Translations under genes and position numbers: made by a program
Assembly: GCA_046563655.1 (NCBI GenBank)
Contig: CM102287.1
Location: 9,114,001 to 9,178,000 of the forward strand
Direction of reading: 5' to 3'
DNA length: 64,000 nucleotides
DNA from: Yuukianura sp. NJ FZ-2021
Lineage: Eukaryota
In this document: in pieces, positions 25,801-37,800 of the stretch
Position numbering within the stretch: position 1 is the first letter of the stretch
Layout: each line of letters starts with the position of its first letter
Notes under the pieces: generated by a model
Database searches by the model: none
What the model was told of the DNA's origin: nothing
Seen by the model: the letters and a program-made list of their open reading frames with translations, nothing else

Positions 25801-28800
25801 ATAGTATTTGAATTTGCAATGCAGTGTTTTGGGTTTGTTTTCTTCAAAAAACGGAAATTTGAAAGAAGAAAGTGAGTTGGGCTCATGTCATTTTGTGGAG
25901 GTCGTAAACCTCTCTTGCTTCGTATTCATGAAATGGATAAAAATGAGTTTCCAAACAAAAGTTTACATTCTGCATCATCCGCTCCCGCCTCCCTTTTGGC
26001 ATGTTTCGCCTCTTCCTCTCTTTTTTTTTCGTTAGACAGCTAAAGGAGGCTTTTTTGAAGTGAGGGAATGCGGATTCTAGCGGGGTCATTAGAAGAGCAA
26101 AGTCTTTTGCTCCGAAACCGAATTCGGATCAAATACAAACTGCCTCTGCTGAGCTCTCCCGGAAAAAAAAAGAGATGGAGAGAGATTCGATGTCTGAGTT
26201 CCATTTTGGCCGTTTATTGACATTGAGCCATTGGGGAAGAGGAGGACTGATGATGAGTTGACAGGAGGGACTTGAAGGGCCCTTTTGATTAAATGAAGGC
26301 CCTCAACCGATGTCAATTTGGAGCTTCAGGAGAAAGTTGCAGGAGAGGCCTAACTTTAGGTTGAGTTCATGAGGCTCATAAAGATGATGAGAGTTGGACT
26401 TTCTCAAAAGTTAGTTGACTGGTCTGCGTCTAATGCCCCTAATTTATTGTACCAATGAAGAGAGACAGTGTTGAGTGTGTCCACTAAAAGTAGACCAAAA
26501 AGTACATGTACAGTGTGACTCAAAAGTTAGGCTTTGGGAGAAAGTTTGGTGTAGCTGGAAGGTGGAGGAGAAAGTTGAGTTACTTTTGGACCATGCTGTA
26601 CATAGAGTATATCCTGACATTTAATAAACTTATGAAAATTGATATTAGAGTTAAAGTTGGAAACATGTCTCTCCACTTTCTCCGTCTCAATCCTTTTTAG
26701 AAAGAAAAACACAAGTTGGCACTTTCCTGTGCTATAATAATATTTTACCTCTGCGGTAGGAAATATTATTATAATATTATATAATATTATTTATGATATT
26801 TAATAATATTTCATTTAAAGACGCAGGAGTATATTTATATTATTATTGCTTTTTTGCTTAAGCTAAAATGAGAAACGGGAAGTTCTAAAATTCTAATTTT
26901 AGAATCTGCGAAGATATGCACTGAATGTGGGCCAAATCTTGGGCTAGGCAGAGCGACACACCTCCGCCTTTTGACTATAAGTCACTTTTGTCTTTTACGT
27001 TTGCGAATTATCTCCGCAGCGCCTTTGCTAAAACTAAAGGCATTTCAATTTTTGCAACTCCCAAAACACACACTTCCGAAGTTCGCAAAAAGTCGGCAAA
27101 CAATTTCGCCAAAATTTTTTGAACAAACAATTTTCCTTCAGCTTGAACTCATTCAGAGGTTTTTTTTTTTGAAGTTGAAGTGAGAGGACAAAATTCAATT
27201 TTGCAAAACTCAAGAGTTTTTGAATTTTGAAAATTCTGTTTATCAAAAAGAATTTTTCTTTGGAAACAGTTCATTTTTTTGAAAAGTGAAGTTCTTTTTT
27301 AAAATTGAAGTGAAAGTGTGGAGAAAGTTGGTTTTAAAGTGTCCTGACTTTGACCCTGGGTCATCGCTGAATTTTGTTTCGAACTTTTTCTTGAAATTTT
27401 TGGAAATACGAGCTTAAGAAAGTAAACCGACTGGAACTGTGTCACTTTCTCTATTTATTTTTTGACATTTGTTTCCTTTGGTGCTTCAGTTGAAATGTTG
27501 TGGCAGAAACTTGAGTTCCTTCGTGTAGTCAGTCCACTTATCTTTTACATTCCTAGCGACCGCCGCCTTGTGCACAAGCATTTCTCAAGTGTTTTAGGTA
27601 CAGAAGGACTTTCACTTTCCAGAAGTGAAAGTGCTGGTTCTGTCTCGGACTAAGATTTATGGACTCTGGTGAATCCAAAGGTGCGAATCGACTTGTTTTG
27701 AGTTTACTCCGTTATGTCTGTACGTGTGTTCTAGATTTGCTCTACTTTTGTAAGAAATGATGAATGCCCATCTGAGGAATTCAGTGCAACCAAAGCTTTC
27801 ACTCTACGTGGCTCTGATCCTAGTGTCCTCCAATTCCTTCATTGACAGGCGCAATGACTTTGACCTTTGGCCTTTTCGGGTAGTAAGGTGGGTAGAGTGT
27901 CTAGATTCCTCTGTTTCGCCACTTATGCCGGCATATGGTGATCCAAAAGTGTACCACGATGCTTACTTCATCTATCGAAACGATCCATTGGGTAAGACTA
28001 AACATTGAGAGTCAAAGTGACTCTTGATGGACTCTGACTCTTTTGACTCTTCCTTTCCCCAGGAGTCATTAGTAACACGTGATTCCAGAATTTAGGCTCA
28101 AAAGAGTCGGATAAAAATAGATTCCAGCATGCAACTTGCAACTTAATGATAATCTAACAAAGTGGAAATTGTCGTGTAGTAAACAACAGATGCTGAAATG
28201 TTCCTAAAATTTTGAAATATTTTTAAATTTTAGTGAAATAGTTGTTAGATGTAAGGATATGTTGAACACATCAAAAATTGGAAGATGTACGAGTTAATCT
28301 GAAGAAGCAACTTTTAAAAAAAAAGTTAAAAGGAAAAAGTGAAAGTGGCTTTTGCCTTATGGGTTCTTTGCGTGTAGGTGAGAATGCGTGCTTTCTTTTG
28401 TGTGAGTTTCCAATACTGGAAGCAATGAACCAGAGGAAAGAAATAAAGATAAACAGGGGTAGAGAGGGAGGGAAGGAATAAACTATATTTTATCGCTTAT
28501 GCAGCCATCGCTTTCCAAAAGAAACCGCCCTAGCACAAAAGAAAATCAAAAAAGAAAACTCCCGCCACCACTCCATTTTATCTTCGTCCGTAATTCAGTT
28601 TCTACGAAGAAAGGAGTTTTCCCAAGAACATTCTCAACATTTTGTAACTACTAAATTCCAGGGTAATGTTAACCCTCGAGCGGTTGTTAACCCAATGTTA
28701 AACCTAACTTTCACTAAAAGTTAACCCAGCATTTCAAAAACACGGAAAAATTTGTTCTAACTCCTAATACTTAACTTTCTCTTACCGAACGTTTCACTAC

Positions 28801-31800
28801 TTGCTTATGTCATATGCCATAACATTAAAGAAAAAAGGTTGAACTTCTTTTAAAGTATGGCTTTTGGCGGTATTCAAACATAAAAAAGTCGGTTAAAAAT
28901 CGAACGTAGAGTTTGGACTTTTTAAAATCCAAAGTAGTTATATTAAAAATGAAATTGGTACAACCTCAGATTTTTTGCTCTTTCGTTGATTCGCGTTAGG
29001 TTTGCTTTGTTCGTTGTGGTCTGTACTTTAAATTTTTGTGGTTAGGTTTTAAAACAATGAGTTTCACACAGATCGTTAAGTTTTGACATGAGAGTTTGAA
29101 ATCTGTGGGATTCTGTGACACGTCCTCCCGTTTCGATGTTACCGGATTCGTATTTTGGGAAAGTCACATGTTATGTTAGGTTAACCTAAGCTAACCGTGA
29201 CAATTTTGTCTAAACTTCCGGATGTCAAGACGTCACTTGTCCTTGTTCCTAGTGTCACACTGTCACCAGTCCTCTTATTCTTCCTCCTCCTAAGCTAAAA
29301 CTCCAACTAATGTTTTGGAACGAGGAATTTGGAATGTGTAAAGTGAAAAGTTTGTTTTTGGAATTGAATATTTGAAAAGACCTTAGTTCTCTTCTCCCCC
29401 ATTTTCACATTAGTTTTCCAAACTTATTTTGGCATTTGGTTTCCATTAAACTAAAGTGCTTTGTTTCTACTTCTAAATTTTGAGGTTAAAAATTTCTACT
29501 TCTCAATCTCCACTTTTCACCTGTCGCCACTTTTTGTTTTTCACACCTACGCTTAAAAGTGGCCAATTTCAAGGTAAAGTCTCAAATTTCAAGAAGAGTG
29601 ACGTGTTAAGGGGGAAGTTGAGACGAAAAAAGCCGTGGGATTTGTGGCGTATGTTGGTTGGCGGGTGACATGACAGTTTTGAAATTGTGGCTTGTCACTC
29701 GGAAGGGCGTTGCCCTTCAAAAACCTTCAAACTAAAAAGGGGAATGATGCCATAAAACTCTTTTCTCTAAACCGTTTCAAATTTCAACGTTTTACAAGGC
29801 TCGTTGAGGCTATCCAAAAATTTTGGCTCCACTTTTTGAAATGTTCTTGCCCCGCCATTTTCCTTTTTCCCTGGAACAAATTAGAGTGAGCCATTGTTGG
29901 CCAAGTGCCAATTCATCCTTAACTCATATCCTACCGCCACACGCATTTCCTTTGAAACCTCGCGCTCTTTCTTCACTTACCGCTCCGGAACGAAATTGGT
30001 CGAACCCCGTGTAACAGAATTCGTGGAACCCCACCTAAAAAAAAATTTCGTCGAAACCCCATGGGACGGATTTCAAAATTTGTTAAACCCCATACATTAA
30101 CATCCAAAATTCGTCGAACCCCGAGTTTGAAATTTAACAAACTTTGAACCCCGTACTAAAAAAACTAAAATTTATACACCCGAAGCTACAAAATTCGAAA
30201 TCGGGAGAACTCAGTAATATAAATACTCAAAATTTTGAAATCCTTAGACTAAAATTCAAAATTTTTGGAACCCCATATAAAGAAATCGTCGAACCCCATG
30301 TAAAAAAAAATTCGTCGAGCCTTGTTACCTGCTCCGCCGTGGCGCCGTTTATAGGCTTCAACTGCCAGAGTAAGGAATCATAAAATTTAAGAAATGACGC
30401 TGACTTCCACTTTGAGTTGATTGGATGTGGCAGGCTATGGTGGGTTTCGGTGAAAAAAGAGAAAGTGGTGGGGCTGCGGTGGGTTGTGTTGCTCAGGACT
30501 AATGAATTTTGGGTTTTTATGGTGGGACCGTGGTGGGGCTTTCTTTTAAAGTGTGAGCAAGTCACGCTCCGTTAGTGTCTCATTAGTTCCAATCACTTTT
30601 GTCTAATGGACCGTGGGAGGAAAAAAAGGCCACAACACAAGGAGCGAAAGGACACAAAAAGAAAAAAGAAAACATCCTAATTTCATTCCCAGTGCCTTTT
30701 CTTCTTGGAGTTCTCCTTTTCAAACAGCAGTGCCGAAATGATCTTAAGAAAAAAGAAATGGAAAAGTAAGTTACGTTTACACAATGCGTTTTCCACCACT
30801 TGAACTCAAGGGACACATGAGGTTTTGGAGGGCCCTTAAATTGGAACACATTTTTTTCAATTGTTTCTACTGCCTTAATTTTGTCGCTTTTTTGCAACTG
30901 TGACAGGAAGTGCGAAAAAAACAGCTGCTAAAATTTCTAGAATTAGGTCAACCTCTAACATTTTTCGCTTTGAGCAACTTTTGTTGCTCCATTTTCAAAA
31001 TTTCATTTGCTATTGCACTTACTACTCGAGTTTTCATTAACGAAATAATTAATTTACTGTCTAATTCCTGGTTATGACTAGCAAGAATTCAAAAATTTTA
31101 GGAAATTCAAAAACTACAAATGTGTAAAGAACTGGAAAAACTAATGTCACCATGTTTACATTTTCCGCTAGCCTAATCGTGAAATTAATTGCCTCTCACA
31201 ATGTTTCCTGTTTCCTTGAAAAAACTTTTTTTTGCCTTGTTTTCTAAAAAAGAGAAAAGTTTCACTTTCTCTCAATTAGCATTTTTGTTTTTGCCGCTTT
31301 TTTTTCCTTGAGAGCAGAGCTCACTTGCCTTCCGTTTGAGTCGTCGTAAAAGTGAAATTAGATCCCATTTCTCGTGTCTTCCTGTCTCTCTAAATTGTCT
31401 AATTACATTTGTTTAAGGGTGGATCTCTCTTCCGTTGTTTATGATGAGAGGGAACCTCCTGTGGAGTATCAATTCTACTAAAAGAAGAGTCACTTCCACT
31501 TTTGTACTTGGAAAAAGTAGGGTGTGGTCCGACTTTTATTGGCTAATCGACAAAAGGAGGAAGCGGGAAGATTTGAAATTAGATTCAAACCATATTTTAG
31601 AAAAGGGGATCCGTTTCCTCCCTTCTGTAGAATATACGACTCTTTTTTTAGAACTACGTACTCAAATTACGTAATTTGAGAGAGTGAAAGTGGATGAAAA
31701 GAAGCCCAGAGAGCAGCTAGGAGTGAGACGTTGAGGGGATCATCATCTTCTGCGCCTTCCTGCCTTTGTTAGCAGCCAAAACTTTTTTTTTCGGTTTTTG

Positions 31801-34800
31801 GAACGTGGGCAGGCATGGAGAGAGATAAGATGAAGATGGTGGAGAAGGGAAATGTACTGCTAATATAATACAGCTTACTTTCCTTTTTCTGTTCGTTTTT
31901 TGGAAAAGAGAAAGTTGTTGAGAAGTTGAGTAAAAAAGTCTCATTTGAGAATTGAAAAAATGAAAAAGGGAATATCGGATTGGAGAGGTTTCGTCTTCTT
32001 TCAACCATTTTCTGCTACTTCTGCTTCAGGAGGGGAACATTTCAAAACATACTTTCACTCAAACTCTTTCGGTGAGTTTCTATAACTTCGTTTTTTTCAA
32101 GTTTTTTGAAAAACCTGAAAATATGATAAGGAGAAAGTTAGATAAACAGGATTCTGAAAAGCTTTTTTCAAAAAGTGAAAGTGGAGAAAGTAACTTATTC
32201 AATATCACGATACTATCTAGTAGTAGTAGTCGAAGAAAAAGTACAGCGTTGTTCAGAAAAGCTGGGGAGTAGGATTTTGTGAAGATGCTCTTTATCTTGA
32301 TGTATTTGAATTTCGGATGATGTTGTACATTTGAAAAAAGTTGAGCTAATAAATTGTATTTTTTACTTTGAAAGTAAAATTCAAAAAAGTGGAAATTTGA
32401 AAAACTGAAAGAAAAGGGGAAATCACTTGAGAAATGGAGAGGCGACGTTGAAAAATGTTTGTTAGAAATGGATAGGACGGATGCGTTGTTTTGTTTCTTT
32501 CTCTTTTCACCGTATTTGAATTTTAGAATTTCAGTTTTGATTTTTAGATTTTTCCAAAACACATGCAAGGAGTTTCTCTCTGACTCTTATTTCCCTCGTA
32601 TTCTTTATTTTGAAAAGTGCCGCCGTATGTTTATGTTTGTTTTGTTTTGGGGTTGAAGATGCTCTTCTAGTGTTAGCGTTTCTTTTTACATTGTTTGAAG
32701 AAAGTTTTTGACTTGAGGATTTTCTGGTTGAGGGGAGAAGAGGATTTGAAGTGGCGGAGAGAAAGCAGCGCCAAAAAGCAGAAAGGTAGGATTTTCAAAC
32801 CCACTTCTGCCTTATGTGGTTGGGTTTATGTGGGGAAAGGCGGTAGAAATTGAAATTGGAGGGAGAATTTGAAATTTTAGAATCAAAGAGGACTGAAGGG
32901 AAAACAATAGGCAATGGCATGGTGGAGGGGGAGAAACTATGAACGGACGACTGAATTCATTAATTTTTGAATCCAATTCTCTTAAATTTTCTCTCCCATT
33001 TGGATTAGGGCTTTCCACCTATGGTCAAATTTCATTTTAGCTCTAAAGTCTGTTTGAAAAGTTGTGTGAGCCGTTTTCAGAGTTTTTCGATTCGGTGTTT
33101 CGATTCGATTCGATTGAGTGGGTGGGAGAAGCGTGAGGTTCGATTTGGACAGATTCCTGGAATGTAGCTGCTACCTACGATAAGCTCAGAAAAACTTCAC
33201 TTTCACCAAGCCTAATTTATTACAGAGCGCCGAAACCAAAAAATCGAAACTCAGTCCTATAGTTTTCACTAACTTTCAAACTGAAAAAAAAAGATGAACT
33301 CATGCACCTTTTTTCTTGCATTCGAATGGTGCACAGATCTACCTTGTCCTTGATTTTAAATTTAGAAATTATGCTTATGGGTTTGGATTTTGAAAAATTT
33401 GACAAGGGGGCCCTTGAAGGGCTTCAAGTAATTACTCATTCCATAGAATTCTCTACTTGTAAAATGAGCCCTGATGCTAAGCTTGTCAACAGAATCTGAA
33501 GAGAAAGCGGAGAAAGTCTTTCACTTTCTTGATTATTTCACAATTAAGTAAGTGGTTCACTGGCTTGTGACTAAAAAGCTACGCTTGAATACTCCGTAAC
33601 AGAAGTAGAGACAGGTAGGTGTTGTGTTTCAGTTATAATTTATGATGGAGGGAGGGGGACTTAAGGATCTCATCTGTAGAGGAGCTCATAATTGGATTGT
33701 AATTACAACTTTGGTGGCTGGCTCCTTCTAAAGGGCTCTCAAGAACCCTTAATTTATTGCTCATTATTCAAGAGTATTCTCATGTTTTTGGAGTTGCTAA
33801 AGCTGGAAGGAGAAAAGCAAAATGGAATTAGGTTTCAACAGAGAGCAATTATTACACTTACCACTTTCACTTCCAGATGCTCCAAAGAAGGTTTAAGGTG
33901 AAAGCGGGATGGTAGTAATTGATTTCGAATTTTGAAATTTGAGGTCACAAAAGCCGTGACCTTAATTCTTAGAAATTGAATTGTAAAAAAAATGGAAGTT
34001 ATTTTGGTACACATGACTTTCCATTTTGAGATTTTGATGAGTCTTCTGAAAATTCGAAAATTGGTTTCTTTGTTTGAACTGTTTTGTGGTGGAAGGAGAA
34101 TTTCCGGAGGGTAAAGTTTTAAGAGATGCAAAAACTGAAAATCTGCTAAAATTTGAAAATCTCTTTGATTTGTGTCAGACTTCATTACGTTCAGGTCTTG
34201 AGGCTAAAAAGTTCAGACTCAAAATTACTTGCCTTGCGCTCTAGTTAACCTGTCACCGCAACCTCAAAAAAGTTCATCTCCTAAGGAAACTTCATATTCT
34301 GTTGCAGAAAATTAAAGAAAAGTAAAAAAACATCAAAAGTTAAAATGAAAATTCAGTTTTACTTTACAAATTTCTAACTCAGCTTCATATGTAAATTTTT
34401 GACGACAAGAATTTTTGTCGCTTTTGTCAACTTGCAGAGATGCTCTAAAAGACATTGACTTTTTTATGCTACGGGATTTTTGAAAAAGAGGAAGCGGGTT
34501 TAGGTCGTAATACTGTTGGGTGTAGCGGAAGAATAATTTGGCAATAACGAACACGCATGCAGAAATGGGTTTTTGCTGTTCGGCTCATCTCTTTTGGTAA
34601 CAATAAAATGAAGATCACCATTCGAGAGAGACGGAGAGAACTTGAATTGGCCCATTAAACTGCCCTCTAAAGTCTAAACTCACCATTAGAATTTTTGGCC
34701 TTTAGCTTTTTCAGCTTTCCTTTTTTGGAAAAGTTTCCTCAAAAACCAATTTTGGTAGATATTTCAACTAAAGCCTACTTCATAGTTTTTCGTTTGTTCC

Positions 34801-37800
34801 AAATTCCAGTTGTCCATTTTGAAAAGTCGATGAGCGAAAGAAAGAAAAACTGAAAATCAAAATTCAGTTTGCTCAGACTTAAAATTAGGTCGTTTAGGGT
34901 TTTTCGCTTTTCAGACAGTCAGAGATTTCAATCGAGAATTTCGAAATTGTGTCTTTTCGAAATCCAATTCTTGGGGAAATAATTTCAGAAATTAGATTTT
35001 GGAAGGACGTCTGAACTGCTTTTGTTTCTTCTTGTTGAAGGACGCACAAACACTTGAACTAAATGGAGCTGAAATTGATTGAAAAGTTAAAGTTTTAGCC
35101 TACTTTTGTCTTTCTTTTCTAATTTATTGTGTCATTGTATCTCTTAGTCAAGGATGGAGCTTAAGTATGCTTTTCCGGCCAAAGAGATTTACAGAGTCGC
35201 TCCATACTTTTCTGTCATGCTTTTCAACGCTGAAAACCTTCTTTGCCGTTTTCTCGTATCTTTTTTAATGATTTCGTAGACTTGTCAATTGGGATTTGCC
35301 AACGCGCGGGTTTTTAAGAAAAAAGTTGCCTGTGGCTTTTCCAAAGTTTTAAGGACTTGAAGAAGCTTCGGGGCTTAAGCCTTTTCGCTGAAACTAAAAA
35401 AAAATTCTTTTTTGTTTTTTGTTTGATGAGAAGAAAGAAGTGTGGAATCGTGCGTCTTAAGTAACGGGAGAGCAAAGGAGAAGAGAGTCCTTGCATCATT
35501 TGAGACGTCATGCTCCGTTTATTAGGCTTTTCATTTCACTTTATGTCTCTTCGCATCCCTGTTCTTCTTCTTTTTGGTCCATGAATATTTTTAGATCGTA
35601 AATCAACTGAAATCCTGAACAGAGTTGGAAGCATCGGAGAAGAGCTTTGCAAAAACTTGGTTTCTTTGTGCGGAGGATGAGACTTCTGGGAGACACACAA
35701 GAGAGAAAGTGGCTTTTCATTTTGTGGACATTTTCATTTTGTTTCAAAAAGTCTTTGTGGCGGGAAAGTTTTTGGAAGAAAGTTGCCATTTTCAACACCA
35801 AGTAGCTGAAAATCTGAGTCCGCTCGGTCCAATAAACTCTTAGGTTCATATTAAAAGGAAAGGCAAAGGCCATGCAAAGCGCTTTTTTGATTCATACCAA
35901 ATCCTTCCGGTACAACAATTTTGAAAAAAAAAAACAAGACGAATAACACTTTAGTTGCAGGCAATAAAAGCACATGACTTAAACGAATTTTAGTTTGCAA
36001 GTTTAGAAGTTTAAAGAATTTTAGAGAGTTATGGTGAAGGAGAATGCCTTAACTAAAAAGCAGAGGTCAGAACATGGTTATGGGAAAGTTTTCAGTTTTT
36101 TGAAATGGCACGGAAGCGGAAAAAAGTTAAATTTTGAAACTGAAAAAGTGAAATAGCGGAGTGTCTTTTAGTTTCGGGTTTTATTAGTACTTTTGCGTAG
36201 TAGTGAGCGAAATCCAATAATCCCAGGGCCTTATTACATAAGAAATAGTTATAGTAAAGCAGCTCCATTGTAATTCACTTTATGATCATCCTTTTGTTAC
36301 AGTTCGATTCTTGCTATCTCATGTCTTTTACAGTTTCTAAGTGTCACTAAAAAGAGCGGCAACGAATTTTAAAAATGGGCAATGTTATTAGTATTTCTTT
36401 CTTTTTTGTAAAAGTGAAAGTGGATTTTTGAAAATGGCGCGTGGCTGTCTCTCCTCGAATACAAAAGTTTTCAAAAAGCTGGAAAACTTTGAAAAGTCGA
36501 AAAACCGAATGCGTCCTTTTATCGATTAAAACGGAACTGACTGCATCTGGAGCAAAAAGTAACAAACTTCAGTAGCTTTCAGTCTTTCTTTTTTCAGAAT
36601 GCTTCCTTTTAATTTGGATTTCTGAAAACTTGTTTCAAATTTTGAATATTTTGTCGGAATTTGAAAGTTTCTATGGAGTTCAATTATAAGTAAAAGGTGA
36701 AAGTAAAAGAGAAAGCTAAAAAGTTGGTTTTTGTGAGTCACATCTTTTGAGTTACTAGATGAAACATTTTTTGAGTTTTTTGGAAAAACTTGTTCGATGC
36801 TTATAAACATGAAATGTGATGAAGTTCTTGAGAAAAAGTTAGTGTATAAAAATTCTTCTAGTATTAGAGTTTTCCAACTTTCCTTTTTGTTTAATTGAGA
36901 TGAATCAATTGACTTTTGGTGATATTTGTGAAAGTCTGCTTTGAATTGCTGATGGTGGACGTTTGACTGCGACTGTAACCTTATGGTCAGTCTGTCTCTG
37001 TTGCAGGAAGGAAGCAAGAGGCTGTACAAAATGTATAATTTGATTCTCCTTTATTTTTTTGACCCGGAAAATGGAAGTTTTTCTGGCCGGAACGAGGAAC
37101 AGACTGAAAAGGATTTTCGCTTTTGTCCAATTCCATTTTCGTTTTTTCTCCCCTGACTTTCTCCTTGAGGATTCTGTATTGAGACAGTAGGAAAAGGAAT
37201 ATTAGAGACGTATGAGACTGAGTCCAACCTATAAATCTTTCCATGTCAATACAGACCAAAACCATTTCTCCATCCTTGAACACCAGAGTTCACCAATGGG
37301 ACGGTGAGGACATCCTCAAAAGTTGCTCAAGTCATCGCATTAATCCTCAAATTGTATACCTTAGCGTGAACTTTTAGTCTATGCTGTAGTTTTCTTTTTA
37401 AGTTTTTTGAAGATTGTGGATTTGAGGATATCCTCACTATCGGAACCAATGAGGTCTAAATTGAGTTATGTAATGTCACTTTGGCTGGGCACTTGCCCGA
37501 TTTTACTTACTCTTCTTTCTCTGGTGCCAGAAAAGAGAAAGTTGGTAGCATCTCGGGTTGTCTTTTTCAAAAAAAAAAATCAGCCAAGAGATTAACCCCT
37601 AGTTGCTCATCTTTCATCTCAAAAATTGGAATTTCATAACCAAAGACTCCCTGACATCAGCACAACTTGAACCACTTTATCTAAAATTCAAATTTTGTTT
37701 TAAACTAAAATTTGAAAAAACGATAAAATTGAAGACTTGGCTGTGAGAGCTTCACGAGGTCAAAAAGTGAGACAGAATGAAAATACCCAAGAGGTAAAAA

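Noticed and set aside
29992..30322. CRISPR-like repeat-spacer appearance
   Set aside because: Repeats are short and degenerate, spacers are short and A-rich, there are no cas genes, and the context is a eukaryotic intron.
32080..37283. Several 100-167-aa minus-strand ORFs (e.g. 32080-32568, 36526-37029)
   Set aside because: F/K/S-rich translations of A/T runs with no motifs or exon chain.
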